Assembly: GCA_019828565.1 (NCBI GenBank)
Contig: JAHDYR010000005.1
Span: 843,342-907,341, forward strand
Source: Carpediemonas membranifera BICM
Taxonomy: Eukaryota; Protista; Fornicata
Length of the DNA: 64,000 nt
Direction: 5' to 3'
The position numbers and the translations under genes are program-made. The notes beneath the pieces were generated by a model. That model saw only the letters and a program-made list of their open reading frames with translations. It did no database searches and was not told where the DNA came from. This document shows, piece after piece, positions 38,596 to 50,336 of this stretch (positions are counted from its first letter, which is position 1; every line of letters begins with the position of its first letter).

Positions 38596-40869
38596 TCAGC
38601 GGCGCTGAGAGATGATCAGGTTGAGCAGCTTGACCTGAGGCTTGTCCAGCCGCCTCAGAAAGCCCTTGAAGTCGTCCCCGACGTTCGTGTACATGTCGAT
38701 CAGGCAGTAGAACGCCGCCTTCCTGAGATAGACGTGACTGTCGGACAGCATCGCGTGCAGGTCCTCGAACACCATAGGCACCACGTTCTCCCGGAGTAGC
38801 GCGGCGTCGCAGCGGTGGGAGATCTTACCAAGGTACTTCACTGCCACATAGGCGGACGGGCCCGTGAGCGTCTGCACCAGCTGGGCGAGAACCAGGCTGG
38901 ACCGGTTGCCGGGGGTGGCCGCGAGGGCCGCCACGAGCGCATCCTCCACAAGGGGCGCGACCTGGACCTTCTCGGGCGCCGCGGCAGCCGAGAACACGGT
39001 GACCAGCTCCGTGATGACGGAGTCGAGGGCGTCCCCGGGCATGCCGTGGGTCTTGATGAGGACGCGGAGGGCCTTGAGGACGTGTGGCCGCAACGTGCTG
39101 ATGTGGACGGCGACAGCAGCGCAAACGCGGTCAAATGCGGCGGACCAGTTTCCGTCGAGCCGGGTGAACTTGACGAGCTCGTTCATGGCGTCTGGGCTGT
39201 CGTCCATGGATCCGACTAGCGCGTCTATCGCCTCCGCCCACTCCTCCGCCGCAGTTTTAGGGGCCATCTGGGCGATCTTGGGCGGCATGGCCTGCGGGAT
39301 GCGGGGCGTGTGGCGGGGCAGCTTGGGCTTGGGCAGGCTCTCCTCGAGGGCGGTGTCATCGACGTCCGAGTCGATCTCGACCGACCGGCTCAGGTTGCTT
39401 GTCATCCTGGCGTGAGCGGTCGCCGCCAGACCGTCCCGCGAGACCGTCTTTGCACTGTGGGACATGCCGAGAGATCTCGAGTAGGCCTCCGCCTCGGTCG
39501 ACTTGAGGGTCCGGAACACATCCTGCGCCTGTGTGGGGGAGGACGCCTCCAGCTCGGCCAGGAGGTCGCGCGCCTCTTCACGGACCGTCGCTGCCTTGTC
39601 GTGGATGAGCTCGTTCGTTGCCTGGGCGATAGCGGGCATGTGCTTGCCGACCCGGGCCGCGTGGTCTCGCAGGAAGCATGCCAGCAGCTGTACTATGGCG
39701 ATACGGATCGACTCTGACTGAGTTACGCGAGTGGGGGCCCGTTCGGTCATGTAGGGCACTCGGCTCGTCTTGATGACACCAGCCCCGACGAGTGTCTTGA
39801 GCGTCGTGAGAGCATCATTGCGGGTGATGTTCTTGGTGGCGCCCGTCTGGGCCAGAAGACTTGGGAACGCCGTGTCGACGAAGACGAGGAACTTCTTCTC
39901 CCCCGAGAGGGGCTCGCACAGGTCTCTGAGGACGTTGTGGGCCGAGCATGACGCAGTGGTGCGTTCAGTCATCAGCTCCTTCATGAACTCCGTCTGGATG
40001 CGGTGCACCGTGCTCGCCACGGCGACGGCGGGCTCCTTCTCGACCAGGCCGGTCAGGGCGACAAGGGCATCCATGCGCTTGTCCCACTGCGACTCGGGGG
40101 CCGTTAATACAGATACGACAGCCTCCAGCGTCCGTGGGCCTGATGACTTTGCCGCAGTTTTGGGTGGTCTCGCCCTGGGCGTGCCGATGGACGACTGCGA
40201 CTTTGTCCTGGGCCGGGCCGACGCAGCGCGGGGGGTGGCCGGTCTAGAGCTCTTCGTGGACTCCCTTCCAGCGCTGGTGACGCTGCTAGCTGTGTTCTCG
40301 AGGGAGGACGGCCGGGACGAGGGTTTGCGGGCCGGGGCCGCGGCCTTGATCTGGTCGACGTGCCTTGACTGCGCGCCTGCCTTCTCCATGGCGGGGATGA
40401 CCTCAGGGTAGAAGCCTACCATGGTCTGGAGGAGGGCGAGGATACTGGCCCGAGTGTCGGCATCCCGGTCCGAGACCGCACGCGTCAGGGGGGTAATGAG
40501 CGGTTTGAACACGTCATCGCATTGCCCTGCGCGGTTAAACTGAGTATCGAGGATTTCAGCTATGGATGTCTTCGTTCTAGACGATTTTCCATCGAGCGCG
40601 CTGATGAAGATGGGTACCAGGCTGCCCATCTGCTGTGTCGTGGCATGCGAGAGGAACTCAAGGTACAGCTCCTTCGACTCTTTGCGAATCACCTCCTTCT
40701 GGTTGCCAAGCGTTGGCAGGATCTCCTTCAGCACAACACTATTGCTACAGAGCTCGTTTGGATTATTCACGCAGAGATTCTTCAGTCCAGCGAGACCTTT
40801 CCGCGCAGTAAGTAGACTGCTAGCAATGGCTTGCTTCTGGAGGTCGTGAATGCTGACTTCTTCCTCCAT
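38596..40869 (-). CDS. CLASP: CLASP-like TOG/HEAT microtubule-associated protein
   Basis: Three HEAT blocks separated by S/R/P-rich linkers; WDKRMDAL; C-terminal LRKAAFYCLIDMY..VG...LDKPQVKLLNLII. Confidence 0.75.
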   Translation of the reverse strand: MEEEVSIHDLQKQAIASSLLTARKGLAGLKNLCVNNPNELCSNSVVLKEILPTLGNQKEVIRKESKELYLEFLSHATTQQMGSLVPIFISALDGKSSRTKTSIAEILDTQFNRAGQCDDVFKPLITPLTRAVSDRDADTRASILALLQTMVGFYPEVIPAMEKAGAQSRHVDQIKAAAPARKPSSRPSSLENTASSVTSAGRESTKSSRPATPRAASARPRTKSQSSIGTPRARPPKTAAKSSGPRTLEAVVSVLTAPESQWDKRMDALVALTGLVEKEPAVAVASTVHRIQTEFMKELMTERTTASCSAHNVLRDLCEPLSGEKKFLVFVDTAFPSLLAQTGATKNITRNDALTTLKTLVGAGVIKTSRVPYMTERAPTRVTQSESIRIAIVQLLACFLRDHAARVGKHMPAIAQATNELIHDKAATVREEARDLLAELEASSPTQAQDVFRTLKSTEAEAYSRSLGMSHSAKTVSRDGLAATAHARMTSNLSRSVEIDSDVDDTALEESLPKPKLPRHTPRIPQAMPPKIAQMAPKTAAEEWAEAIDALVGSMDDSPDAMNELVKFTRLDGNWSAAFDRVCAAVAVHISTLRPHVLKALRVLIKTHGMPGDALDSVITELVTVFSAAAAPEKVQVAPLVEDALVAALAATPGNRSSLVLAQLVQTLTGPSAYVAVKYLGKISHRCDAALLRENVVPMVFEDLHAMLSDSHVYLRKAAFYCLIDMYTNVGDDFKGFLRRLDKPQVKLLNLIISQRR

Positions 40870-41134
40870 TGGACGAATTTTGGCGGGTTAAAATGCTCAC
40901 TGCAAACGGAACCATGCCGCGCGCGATACCAATATACAGCAGCGCATACGTAGTATCGGAAGCTGCTACCAGTTTTTTCTGAAATGACAAGGTCCCGTTC
41001 GCCCCTCGCCCCACACTCGGGAAATAAAAAGCGGGTGGTGACACTGGCTGGCCAACGGGCGAGTGTTATCACGGCAACACGGCCTCTGTTTGCGCCTTCA
41101 CGGGATGTCGCAGGCTACGAGAGCATCACGGACT

Positions 41135-43852
41135 ATGGCGAGCAAAAACGCCGCTTTCCTTCTCTTTTTCACTCTTATTGCACATACATTCGCTATCAGC
41201 TTCTCTATTGATGCCATCGCTAACATTACTGCCGTTATTACTACTTACATGAACGATCTCGTCGACGAGGCCGTCTCTCTCAGCGACTCCTTGGTTCTGG
41301 GCCCCGAGCCGCTCGCAGACTACGAAGAACTGCACAGAGAGCACTACAGTCAGTTCTCAGCCCAGCTGGACTCGTGGACCGCCCTGCTGGATGCATACGC
41401 CGACGCGATCGCGGAAAATACAAGCGCCGAGGCCCCTCACGTGGTGCCCTGCACCGCTATCGAGCCCTCATCAACCCTCCTCCAGGTCTGTACGGCATCT
41501 TCGTTCAACTCGACAGCCCTCTCTGTCGCCCTCGGAACCATCCAGGCGATGACTGCGCCCCCGGGGAACATCACCGTCATACTCGAGAGCGGGGCGTACG
41601 GCCACTTCCTACCCCTCAACGAGACCGCCCCGGCACTGTCTGGCGATGTCCGGCTGTCGGCCCAGTATTCTGAGCTGGTGATGTCGGGCGGGAGGTTGGT
41701 CGCGATCTTGGTAGACACAGTCTCGGTCGACCGCAGCTATGTGGAAACTGTCATCAACACCTTTGTCCAGTCTGTCGCCTCATCGGTCAGGTTCGTGATC
41801 GCCCCTGGATCCACAGATCTCTCTCAATATTCGGACACCGACTTCACCCAAGCCGGCGACCTGACCGCTGCCCGAGTGTCAGATCTGCTCGACGCCTGGT
41901 CGTGGGACCAATCCACGACCCGGACGACCCTCGAGTCCGCCTTCGCCCTGCTCGAGACCGTGGAGGGAACGCCTGGACGCCCGACCGTTCTTGTCATCGC
42001 CGATGGCATCAAGCAGTCGCACATCGTTGACATCCGGGCCTCTGCCTTCGGTCGGACGTCCTCGACACCACCCCGCACATTCTTTGTCACGCCTTCGGCC
42101 GTCACCCAGTCCCTCCTTGCCGTCTCGTGCCGTCTGGGAGGAGCCGGGCTCACTGTCCGGCAGGAAACAGTTCGTGATGATCTCTCGCCGATCTTTAGAT
42201 TTATTTCTCTCGTTGAGAATCAGATCGTCGGCGCCCAAGTCAGCGGCATCGTCAAGAGCGGCCCCTTCACCCACAGGATCCACATCAGCAAGCCCCTCCT
42301 CATCGCGGGGCAGCTGGCCGGCGTCATCGTCCTGTCGACAGACGAGGACCACTCGAACGTCTACTTTTCCAGACTTGACCCTGACTCGCTCTTCGACTCG
42401 GTCAAGATATGGATGCTGGAGCAGCCCAACGTTGCCGCTGTCACCCACGGCAGCGGCCACTTCGTCGGAGATGCTCCGCCCATTCGCTTCGAGCTTTACG
42501 ATGACAACGAGTATGCTTATGTAACGCGTGTGGCTGACATCACGGCGCACTCGGTCACGATTACTCAAAATATCTCCACAATCACCGAATATCGCCTCCC
42601 GATATCAAATCCAGAGTCAGAATCAGTCTGTACTTTCGGCGATGAATCATGTTCCGGCACGATCGTCGCCTACTTCCCACAGGCGGAGTCCGGCAACCCA
42701 GCGAATCTCAACTACGGTCTGTCAACAGTACTTGCCGGAATACCCCTGCCGGAGAATGCCACGCAGCACGCGACACTATCACCCGACGGTCTTGCGATGG
42801 CCGCTCCCGCCACAGCCGACCCGACGGTCTACCGCGGCGTCTACACACTCGTCCGCATGCAGAAGAGCCCCATCGCCCTCCACATGGCCGGCATGACCCA
42901 CATCTGCGGCAGCCTGCACCACGGGGGCGACGTCATCTACGACCTGGGCGTTTACTGCGTCTCCTTTGACCCTGCCCGACTGGCGTGGATACTAACCCAG
43001 TTCGACCTCTGCCGGGACAACTACTGCGCCGTCGCCACGATTCTCGGTCACACCGTGGTCGCCACTGACGGCAATGCCGGATATTTGGACGAGATCCACT
43101 CTGCTCACATGGCGGGGCTGGTCCGGTCTGGGTTCTATTCAAACGTGACATTCGAAACGGATGCCGTGCACGGCTTCGCGTATGTCCATGATAGCATCAA
43201 CAGCGGCGTGGCCAATGGGACATTCTGCTACGACAAGACGATAACTGCTGCCCCTATCGAGATCACATCGAACTGCCTCGTCATCGCTGAGCCTGCCAAC
43301 ACCACATCCGTCATTCGCTGCTCAGCCGCCGCTGCAAGGTCCATCACTCGCACTTCCCCCGGGATCGTGTTCGTCAGGCCTGTCTCCGTGGTCACATCGG
43401 GCCCAGGGCTGCCCGACAAGGACGCCCGTGACGCGGTCGGGGCAGAGTGTGCCAGTGTCCACATGGACACGCGAGACATGACGCTCGCCAGCACCTTTAT
43501 CCTGTTCATGGTGCTCTGGCTGGCCCAGCTCGGCTGCCGGGGCCGGCCGACCCCCGTGCTTCTTCTCAACACTCCGATCAGGGCGAAGCGGCAGGGCAAC
43601 TCAGATAGCGAGTCAGACAACCACTACAGCGACAGCGTGACGTCAGAGCGCGAGTCGTCCGGCGACAGGCCTGCCGAGTCACACTCCGATTCGGAAGTCA
43701 TTGCGATTGACAGCAGTGACACGTTGTCGTCGTCAGTCGGGCTGCATGACTCAGAGCTCGAGTCGGCTATGGTGCTGAGCGTGTTCCCGCGGTCGACCAG
43801 ACAGGACACGGAGACCGAGACGAGCTTGGACGACGAGGACATTGACTGGTAA
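41135..43852 (+). CDS. Type I membrane protein with divergent vWA/Cache architecture (alpha2delta/CACHD1-like)
   Basis: Signal peptide MASKNAAFLLFFTLIAHTFA; DVRLSAQY...LVAILVDT, LESAFALL, VLVIADG and VSCRLGG parallel the alpha2delta vWA region; late TM and acidic Ser-rich tail. Confidence 0.55.
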   Translation: MASKNAAFLLFFTLIAHTFAISFSIDAIANITAVITTYMNDLVDEAVSLSDSLVLGPEPLADYEELHREHYSQFSAQLDSWTALLDAYADAIAENTSAEAPHVVPCTAIEPSSTLLQVCTASSFNSTALSVALGTIQAMTAPPGNITVILESGAYGHFLPLNETAPALSGDVRLSAQYSELVMSGGRLVAILVDTVSVDRSYVETVINTFVQSVASSVRFVIAPGSTDLSQYSDTDFTQAGDLTAARVSDLLDAWSWDQSTTRTTLESAFALLETVEGTPGRPTVLVIADGIKQSHIVDIRASAFGRTSSTPPRTFFVTPSAVTQSLLAVSCRLGGAGLTVRQETVRDDLSPIFRFISLVENQIVGAQVSGIVKSGPFTHRIHISKPLLIAGQLAGVIVLSTDEDHSNVYFSRLDPDSLFDSVKIWMLEQPNVAAVTHGSGHFVGDAPPIRFELYDDNEYAYVTRVADITAHSVTITQNISTITEYRLPISNPESESVCTFGDESCSGTIVAYFPQAESGNPANLNYGLSTVLAGIPLPENATQHATLSPDGLAMAAPATADPTVYRGVYTLVRMQKSPIALHMAGMTHICGSLHHGGDVIYDLGVYCVSFDPARLAWILTQFDLCRDNYCAVATILGHTVVATDGNAGYLDEIHSAHMAGLVRSGFYSNVTFETDAVHGFAYVHDSINSGVANGTFCYDKTITAAPIEITSNCLVIAEPANTTSVIRCSAAAARSITRTSPGIVFVRPVSVVTSGPGLPDKDARDAVGAECASVHMDTRDMTLASTFILFMVLWLAQLGCRGRPTPVLLLNTPIRAKRQGNSDSESDNHYSDSVTSERESSGDRPAESHSDSEVIAIDSSDTLSSSVGLHDSELESAMVLSVFPRSTRQDTETETSLDDEDIDW

Positions 43853-43902
43853 ACTGAACCGTCAACCTTTCGAGCGCTGGAACCGCGACACGAGGCGGGG
43901 TT

Positions 43903-44078
43903 CCAGCACATTTGTGTTCGCGACGCTGTCCGGCGTGGTCTGCAGTCTCAACGCGAGGACGGGCCAGGTCAGCCTGCTGCGGGACACGTCCGTCCCCGCG
44001 AACTCCGTTGCGGTGACGCACCACGGGCTGATCGTGGTGGCGAGCGAGGATGGGTGCATCCAAATCGGCGTCGAGTAA
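43903..44078 (+). pseudogene. 3' fragment of the 37260-38081 propeller gene at a duplication breakpoint
   Basis: STFVFATLSGVV...IQIGVE* with no 5' part. Confidence 0.85.
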
Positions 44079-44132
44079 ACAGCGGTCGAGTGAGCATTTA
44101 CAACGGGGCGGCGGGAGGCAGTGGTGCGTCGC

Positions 44133-44501
44133 CTACTGTCCCTCGAAGTGCCGCTCGACGTACTCCGCGGCGACGCGGACGCATTCGCGGCAGGACATCT
44201 TGTTGACGCTGCGGATGCCCCTGCAGGAGAGTGCTGTGCCGTTATCCACGAAGAGCCGCGTGAGGTCGGCGGTGGCCTTCTCGTCGCCCTTGACGAGCTC
44301 GCAGGCGGCGTAGTATGCTCCGCACTGGCCCGTCTCGTGACCGCCGTGACCGTACGCGCGGTACTCCACGAGGAAGTCCTCGAGGTCCGGCTGCGAGAGG
44401 CCCGCGGCGCTCGCGCAGGCGTTGAGGACGGTCTGCGCGCAGTTCAGGCGGTGCGGGTGCTTGCGGAAGTGCGTGAGCGCGACAGTGGCGGCGGAGGACA
44501 T
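44133..44501 (-). CDS. C_GCAxxG_C_C family protein, duplicate of 36837-37205
   Basis: Identical translation. Confidence 0.8.
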   Translation of the reverse strand: MSSAATVALTHFRKHPHRLNCAQTVLNACASAAGLSQPDLEDFLVEYRAYGHGGHETGQCGAYYAACELVKGDEKATADLTRLFVDNGTALSCRGIRSVNKMSCRECVRVAAEYVERHFEGQ

Positions 44502-44670
44502 CGTGTGGAGCGACGGAGTGCGAATCACCAAATCATGCTCACGCTGCCTCGGTGTCAAATCTGGCGATTCCTGCGGAGCGTCTACGGGACCGTGCGTGCG
44601 TGCGCAGCGTCGCTGGGGCTGTTCAAGGCGCCTCAGCGGCGCTGGCGACCGGTTGACGCCAGACAACGCG

Positions 44671-45345
44671 ATGGCTGAGCTCGGCGCGTGGATCGACCTT
44701 AGCCACGAGTACTCGCAGCACACGCCGCCGTGGCCGGGCGACCGGCTGTTCCGCCTGCTGACGCCCGATGTGGCCGCCGAATCGGACGACAACACCATTG
44801 TCGAGGAGTTCGAGGCCAGCACGCATCTCGGGACGCACATCGACGCGCCGCTGCACTTCTTGCCGGGCCAAAAGGCGATCGGTGACTTCGACGTTTCCCA
44901 CTTCGCCGGCGCTGCGCTCGTTCTCGACGTTCGAGGTCAGCAGACGATCGTGCTCACCGACGCCCAGCGCGCGGCGCTCGCGGAGACCAGGCCGGACGGA
45001 ACGCCGCGCTGCCCGGTCGTGCTCATCCACACCGCGTGGGACGAGCGCTGGGGCGGGCCGGGCTACTTTGAGGGCTACCCCGTTCTGGCGCCCGAGACTG
45101 TCGCCGCCCTCGTCGCCGCCCGCGTCCATCTGGTTGGGCTCGACACACCGTCGCCCGACGCGGCGCCGTTCCTTGCGCACCCCGAGCTCCTGCGGCACGA
45201 TGTGCTGATCGTCGAGAACCTGCGCGGTCTCGGCTGCCTGTTAGGCGCGACGAGCGTGGAGTTCGCGGCGTTCCCGCTGCGCATGCGGTGCTCGGGCAGC
45301 CCCGTGCGTGCGGTCGCGCGGCGCGTGCCGGGGGGAGCAGAGTGA
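44671..45345 (+). CDS. Cyclase-family (KynB-like) metallohydrolase with intact HLGTHIDAP motif
   Basis: Canonical HxGTHxDAPxHF signature. Confidence 0.9.
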   Translation: MAELGAWIDLSHEYSQHTPPWPGDRLFRLLTPDVAAESDDNTIVEEFEASTHLGTHIDAPLHFLPGQKAIGDFDVSHFAGAALVLDVRGQQTIVLTDAQRAALAETRPDGTPRCPVVLIHTAWDERWGGPGYFEGYPVLAPETVAALVAARVHLVGLDTPSPDAAPFLAHPELLRHDVLIVENLRGLGCLLGATSVEFAAFPLRMRCSGSPVRAVARRVPGGAE

Positions 45346-45378
45346 AGCGGGCGTTTATAAAATGGATCGCGGGTGCGC

Positions 45379-45693
45379 TCAGGCGGTCTTGGCCTTCTCG
45401 ACGAGCTGACGGATGGCGCCCTCGTTCGCGCCGACGACCTCGCCGATGACCTGGCCGTTCTTGAACGACTTGAACGTGGGCATCGCGCGAATGCCTGCGA
45501 TGCGGGCGGCGCCCGTGTTGGCGTCGACGTCGACTTTCACGCATGTGACGTCGGGGTTCTCCTCGGAGATCTTGACGAAGCGCGGGCCGATCATCTTGCA
45601 CGGCGGGCACCACTGGGCGAAGAAGTCGACGACGACGGCCTTGTCGCCGCTGATAAGCTGCTGGAATTCCTCCACGGACTCGATAACCTTCAT
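45379..45693 (-). CDS. TRX: Thioredoxin copy 4
   Basis: Identical 104-aa protein. Confidence 0.97.
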   Translation of the reverse strand: MKVIESVEEFQQLISGDKAVVVDFFAQWCPPCKMIGPRFVKISEENPDVTCVKVDVDANTGAARIAGIRAMPTFKSFKNGQVIGEVVGANEGAIRQLVEKAKTA

Positions 45694-46097
45694 GTTTGTG
45701 TTCTGCTGTTCAACTGCCCCGCATCGTGATCCGCATCACTGCCACATCTCGGTCGTTGCCGCAGGTTTTGCCGGAATTGGCCACGACCGTCTGCGCTCGC
45801 AGGGGACACGACGGGCCCGCTCGCCGGCTGTTGCAACCTGCCAAGCCGTGATAACTCTGTGGGGGCCGTGATCCGACTGATTCTGACGTCATCATCGATC
45901 TGACGCGACCGCAAGCGCGAACCTGCCAGGCATGTCTCCCTCGCCTGCCGACCGCCGCTGACATGGCCGTCATGGCGTACTGACACTTGCTGGTTGACAC
46001 GAGTCATGATCTCCTGGCAGCATGTCATGGCCAGTGATGACTCATGAGCAATAAAGACACTCTTGTTGCTGTACACAACATGCATTTACTGAAGCAT

Positions 46098-47227
46098 TTA
46101 GAAGCACTTCTTGTGGATGATGGCAGCGCCAGACTCCTCGTACTCCTCCTTGGACACCCACATGGACTGGAAGGTGCTGAGGGAAGAAACGATAGAGCCA
46201 CCCATCCAGACGGAGTACTTGCGCTCGGCGGGGGCGACGATCTTGATCTTCATGGCAGAGGGAGCGAGGGCAGAAACCTCCTTCTCCATACGGTCGGCGA
46301 TGCCGGGAAACATGGTGGTGCCACCGGAAAGGACGATGTTGCCGTAGAGATCGCGACGGATATCGACGTCGCACTTCATGATCGAGTTGTAGGTAGTCTC
46401 GTGGATACCGACAGCCTCAAGGCCGATCATGGAAGGCTGGAAGAGAGCCTCAGGGCAGCGGAAACGCTCGGAGCCGACCTCAATGAAGGCACCATCGGGA
46501 AGCTGGTAGGTCTTGTTGATGGAAGCAGACTCAGCAGCAGTCTCGAGCTCCTGGTTGTAGTCAAGAGCGACGTAGGTGAGCTTCTCCTTGATGTCACGGA
46601 CGATTTCGCGCTCAGCGGAGGTGGTGAAGGTGTGGCCACGCTCAGCGAGGAGGGTAACGAGGTGCTCAGTAAGATCACGGCCAGCCATGTCGAGACGAAG
46701 GATGGCGTGGGGCATGCTGTAACCCTCATAGATGGGGACGCAGTGAGAGACACCATCGCCGGAATCGAGAACGATACCAGTGGTACGGCCAGAGGCGTAC
46801 AGGGAAAGGACGGCCTGGATCTGGACGTAGATGGCGGGGGCATTGAAGGTCTCGAACATGATCTCGGTCATCTTCTCGCGGTTAGCCTTGGGGTTGAGGG
46901 GAGCCTCGGTAAGGAGGATGGGGTGCTCCTCGGGAAGAACACGGAGCTCGTTGTAGAAGGTGTGGTGCCAAATCTTCTCCATGTCATCCCAGTTGGTGAC
47001 GATACCGTGCTCGATGGGGTAGCGGAGCTGAAGGATACCACGCTTGGACTGAGCCTCATCACCGACATAGAAGTCCTTGCCACCCATGCCAACCATGATG
47101 CCCTTGTGTTTGGGCCTGCCAACGAGGCTGGGGAAGACGCAACGGGGGCATCATCGCCGGCCATACCAGCCTTGCACATGCCAGAGCCATTGTCAACAAC
47201 CAATGCGACGCTTTCCTCTTCAGCCAT
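46098..47227 (-). CDS. ACT: Actin copy 3, with a -1 frameshift in a G run near 47146
   Basis: Five G where copy 1 has six (caacggggggcatc); otherwise the same. Confidence 0.85.
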
Positions 47228-47702
47228 TATCTCTATGAGTTTCTTGTGTTTGCTGACAGGCTGGGTTTTCTTCACAGTGACAAAAGTGGTCGAAACTATG
47301 TCGGGCGAAAATTCTACGGTGTAAGGCATTCAAGGTCCGCTTCTGGTCCCGCTTCCGCCCGTCTGGGGCGTGAAATCTTGCGCTTTTCCCGGAGGCCGCT
47401 ACAGTCCTGCTTTGACAGGCGCAAAATACAGATTCAGAATATCTGTGACCATCGCCAGTTCGAAATCGCCCTCAAAATTCCCGATGGCCTTGACAACCAT
47501 GTGCCGGTGCCAGCACGCACTGGTTCCGCCGGTCGGCGCCGACCGTCGAGACGGCAGTCCTGGAAGCCTTTCAGGAGTGCGTGGAGTTCGCGGCGTTCCC
47601 GCTGCGCATGCGGTGCTCGGGAAGCCCCGTGCGTGCGGTCGCGCGGCGCGTGCCGGGGGAGCAGAGTGAAGCGGGCGTTTATAAAATGGATCGCGGGTGC
47701 GC

Positions 47703-48017
47703 TCAGGCGGTCTTGGCCTTCTCGACGAGCTGACGGATGGCGCCCTCGTTCGCGCCGACGACCTCGCCGATGACCTGGCCGTTCTTGAACGACTTGAACG
47801 TGGGCATCGCGCGAATGCCTGCGATGCGGGCGGCGCCCGTGTTGGCGTCGACGTCGACTTTCACGCATGTGACGTCGGGGTTCTCCTCGGAGATCTTGAC
47901 GAAGCGCGGGCCGATCATCTTGCACGGCGGGCACCACTGGGCGAAGAAGTCGACGACGACGGCCTTGTCGCCGCTGATAAGCTGCTGGAATTCCTCCACG
48001 GACTCGATAACCTTCAT
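47703..48017 (-). CDS. TRX: Thioredoxin copy 5
   Basis: Identical 104-aa protein. Confidence 0.97.
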   Translation of the reverse strand: MKVIESVEEFQQLISGDKAVVVDFFAQWCPPCKMIGPRFVKISEENPDVTCVKVDVDANTGAARIAGIRAMPTFKSFKNGQVIGEVVGANEGAIRQLVEKAKTA

Positions 48018-48515
48018 GTTTGTGTTCTGCTGTTCAACTGCCCCGCATCGTGATCCGCATCACTGCCACATCTCGGTCGTTGCCGCAGGTTTTGCCGGAA
48101 TTGGCCACGACCGTCTGCGCTCGCAGGGGACACGACGGGCCCGCTCGCCGGCTGTTGCAACCTGCCAAGCCGTGATAACTCTGTGGGGGCCGTGATCCGA
48201 CTGATTCTGACGTCATCATCGATCTGACGCGACCGCAAGCGCGAACCTGCCAGGCATGTCTCCCTCGCCTGCCGACCGCCGCTGACATGGCCGTCATGGC
48301 GTACTGACGCTTGGCCTCGAGATCATCATCGCCAAGTCACTCGGGTTGACAGTCGACATTCATGACCCATCCGACTGGACCGGCAGTCGCTGTTCAGTCA
48401 TCACGCAGAGGCCTGATGCACCTCGAAGCCGACGCCGCAGTTACCGGGACCCCCGCCATGGACGGCCTGAGTCAGCCACTGAACCAGATGAAGGATCTTC
48501 GCATCTGTCATTTAC

Positions 48516-49447
48516 TCAACGCCGGACACCGCGGCGTGATCCGGCCATGAGCACGCCCAGCACGCCCACACCTGTCAGGGCACCGGCGCCGACTGTTGCC
48601 CAGAAGGCCTTGTTCTGCCACCAGGCAACGCTATCGGGGTTTTCGACAAGACCCTCCCCCTTGCCGTCACCCTCGTCGGCATGCTTGCACTCTCCGGCAG
48701 GGGTCTCGGCATGCTCGGCAGTAGGGACCTCCTGGACCACGGGCGGGACCTCTGGGTCCCGTGCTTGCACTGCGTCAGACTTGGCCTGGGCGAGCTGGCC
48801 CTGAGCGCTTCGATCTCCCGATCCCGCTCGGCCACGTTGCGGTTGAGAGCTGACACCTGCTGCTCATTCTGTGCAACAAGCCTGGCCGGCTTCTCCCTGT
48901 CGAGCTCTGCCTGGCGCCTGAGCTCGTCGATGGTCTCCTCGTACTCCCGGACCCTGTTCTCGGCCTCCGCGTCGTCCTCGGCCGAGATCGGCGGCATGGG
49001 AGGGGCCACGAGCGGAGGGCCCAGGCTCAACGTGATCGTCTTCACGTTGCTAAAGAAGATTCCGAACATTTTCGTGTCGAGATGGTTGTGGAGAGCGGCA
49101 GGGTTGGCAGTGCCGTCAGGGCTGATGATGGCCATCAGACACTTGATGGCCTGGAACGCAGTGTACGTCTCGTCCACAAGGTCGAACGCTGCGCCTGGCA
49201 GGACGACCCTGAGCTGCGCACGACCGGTCTTGAAAAGCGTCTTGGCGATGGAGGGGAAGTAGGTTTCGAGGGTGCCGCCATTGATGAGTTGCTGCATTTG
49301 GTCGCGAATGGCTGTCATAAGCGTCTCTTTGGCTGGGGACTCGCCGCCGTGGACCTCGATGGCGTATATCGGGGCCAGGATGGCTTGTTGGGCATCAGCG
49401 ATGACCTTGTGTGCTAGTTCAATGTCGCTAAGCACAACTTCCGTCAT
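48516..49447 (-). CDS. Tail-anchored family type B, copy 3 (same frameshift; TM one GVL repeat shorter)
   Basis: Near-identical to 27765-28705. Confidence 0.65.
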
Positions 49448-49673
49448 TGGTTTGTTCTGGGCCTGACATGAGGCCCCTATCTCGACCTCCTCATCACTGA
49501 CATCACTGTACTCGACTGTACCCGACTCGACGTGACACACCCGCAGCCAAGAGCTCTGGCAGCTATCTGTAGCAAGAGCGGCGCGCTCTCTTTGCCCCGG
49601 GCCGACGGACTCATCTCGTGGTTTGGGTTAAAGTGCATCGAGGCTAACCGGAAACTTTTAAACTGTAAGTGGC

Positions 49674-50234
49674 TTACTTGTAAGCGAGGAGCTCCTTGCG
49701 GGCGTCCTCGATGGCGGCCTCCTTGACCTTGGACATGGCGAGGCCCTCAACGTACACGAACTCGGCCGGGATGCCCAGGAAGCCGAGGACGGTCTTCAGG
49801 TACGGCGCCTCGAAGTCGGTACCGTTATCCTTGTGCTGCCCGCCGCGCGTCGTGATGACGAGGGCGCGGGTGTCCTTGATGAGGCCCTCGGAGCCGCTCG
49901 AGGTGTAGCGGAATGTGACGCCCGCGCGGGAGATGAGGTCGATCCAGTTCTTGAGCTGCGTGGGTATCGCGAAGTTGTACATCGGCGCGGCGATCACGAC
50001 GAGGTCGGCGTCCTTGACCTCCTGGATGAGCGTGTCGGAGAGCTGCCGAACGGCGTTGGGCTCCGAGGAGCCGAGGGCGCCCATCGTTTGAAGGTCAAGC
50101 ACGGGGATCGGCTCCGCGGCGAGATCGCGGACCTTGATGTCCGCTTCGAGGCCCTCGAGCAGGTAGTCGATGAGCTGGGACGATTGCGAGTTAGCACCGA
50201 GGATGCTGGACTTGATGGCGAGAATTCTCTTCAT
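49674..50234 (-). CDS. azoR: FMN-dependent azoreductase copy 3
   Basis: Identical to copy 1. Confidence 0.93.
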   Translation of the reverse strand: MKRILAIKSSILGANSQSSQLIDYLLEGLEADIKVRDLAAEPIPVLDLQTMGALGSSEPNAVRQLSDTLIQEVKDADLVVIAAPMYNFAIPTQLKNWIDLISRAGVTFRYTSSGSEGLIKDTRALVITTRGGQHKDNGTDFEAPYLKTVLGFLGIPAEFVYVEGLAMSKVKEAAIEDARKELLAYK

Positions 50235-50336
50235 TTGTGTGGTGTTACACTTTCTGGAGCACACCGGGGCACTGCCCGGACGGTTACAGCATGGGTCACA
50301 ATTCGCAGTTTTGCCCGAGTCGAATGTTCAGTTTAC

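Larger units (their letters stand above)
35354..45984. repeat. Inverted repeat: arms 35354-37435 and 43903-45984 (about 2.08 kb) flanking a 6.5 kb unique segment
   Basis: Trx, cyclase, C_GCAxxG_C_C and the propeller 3' end are mirrored. Coordinates sum to 81338. Confidence 0.95.

Noticed and set aside
26827-45984. Large inverted repeats as transposon terminal repeats
   Set aside because: The arms consist of host genes, no transposase or target-site duplication was found, and the breakpoints fall inside genes.
25960-47150. Frameshifts in actin copies 2 and 3 and in the type A copy at 29810 as programmed frameshifting or true pseudogenes
   Set aside because: Each is a single-base change in a G or C homopolymer that is private to one copy, which is typical of long-read consensus error. 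This cannot be resolved without reads.
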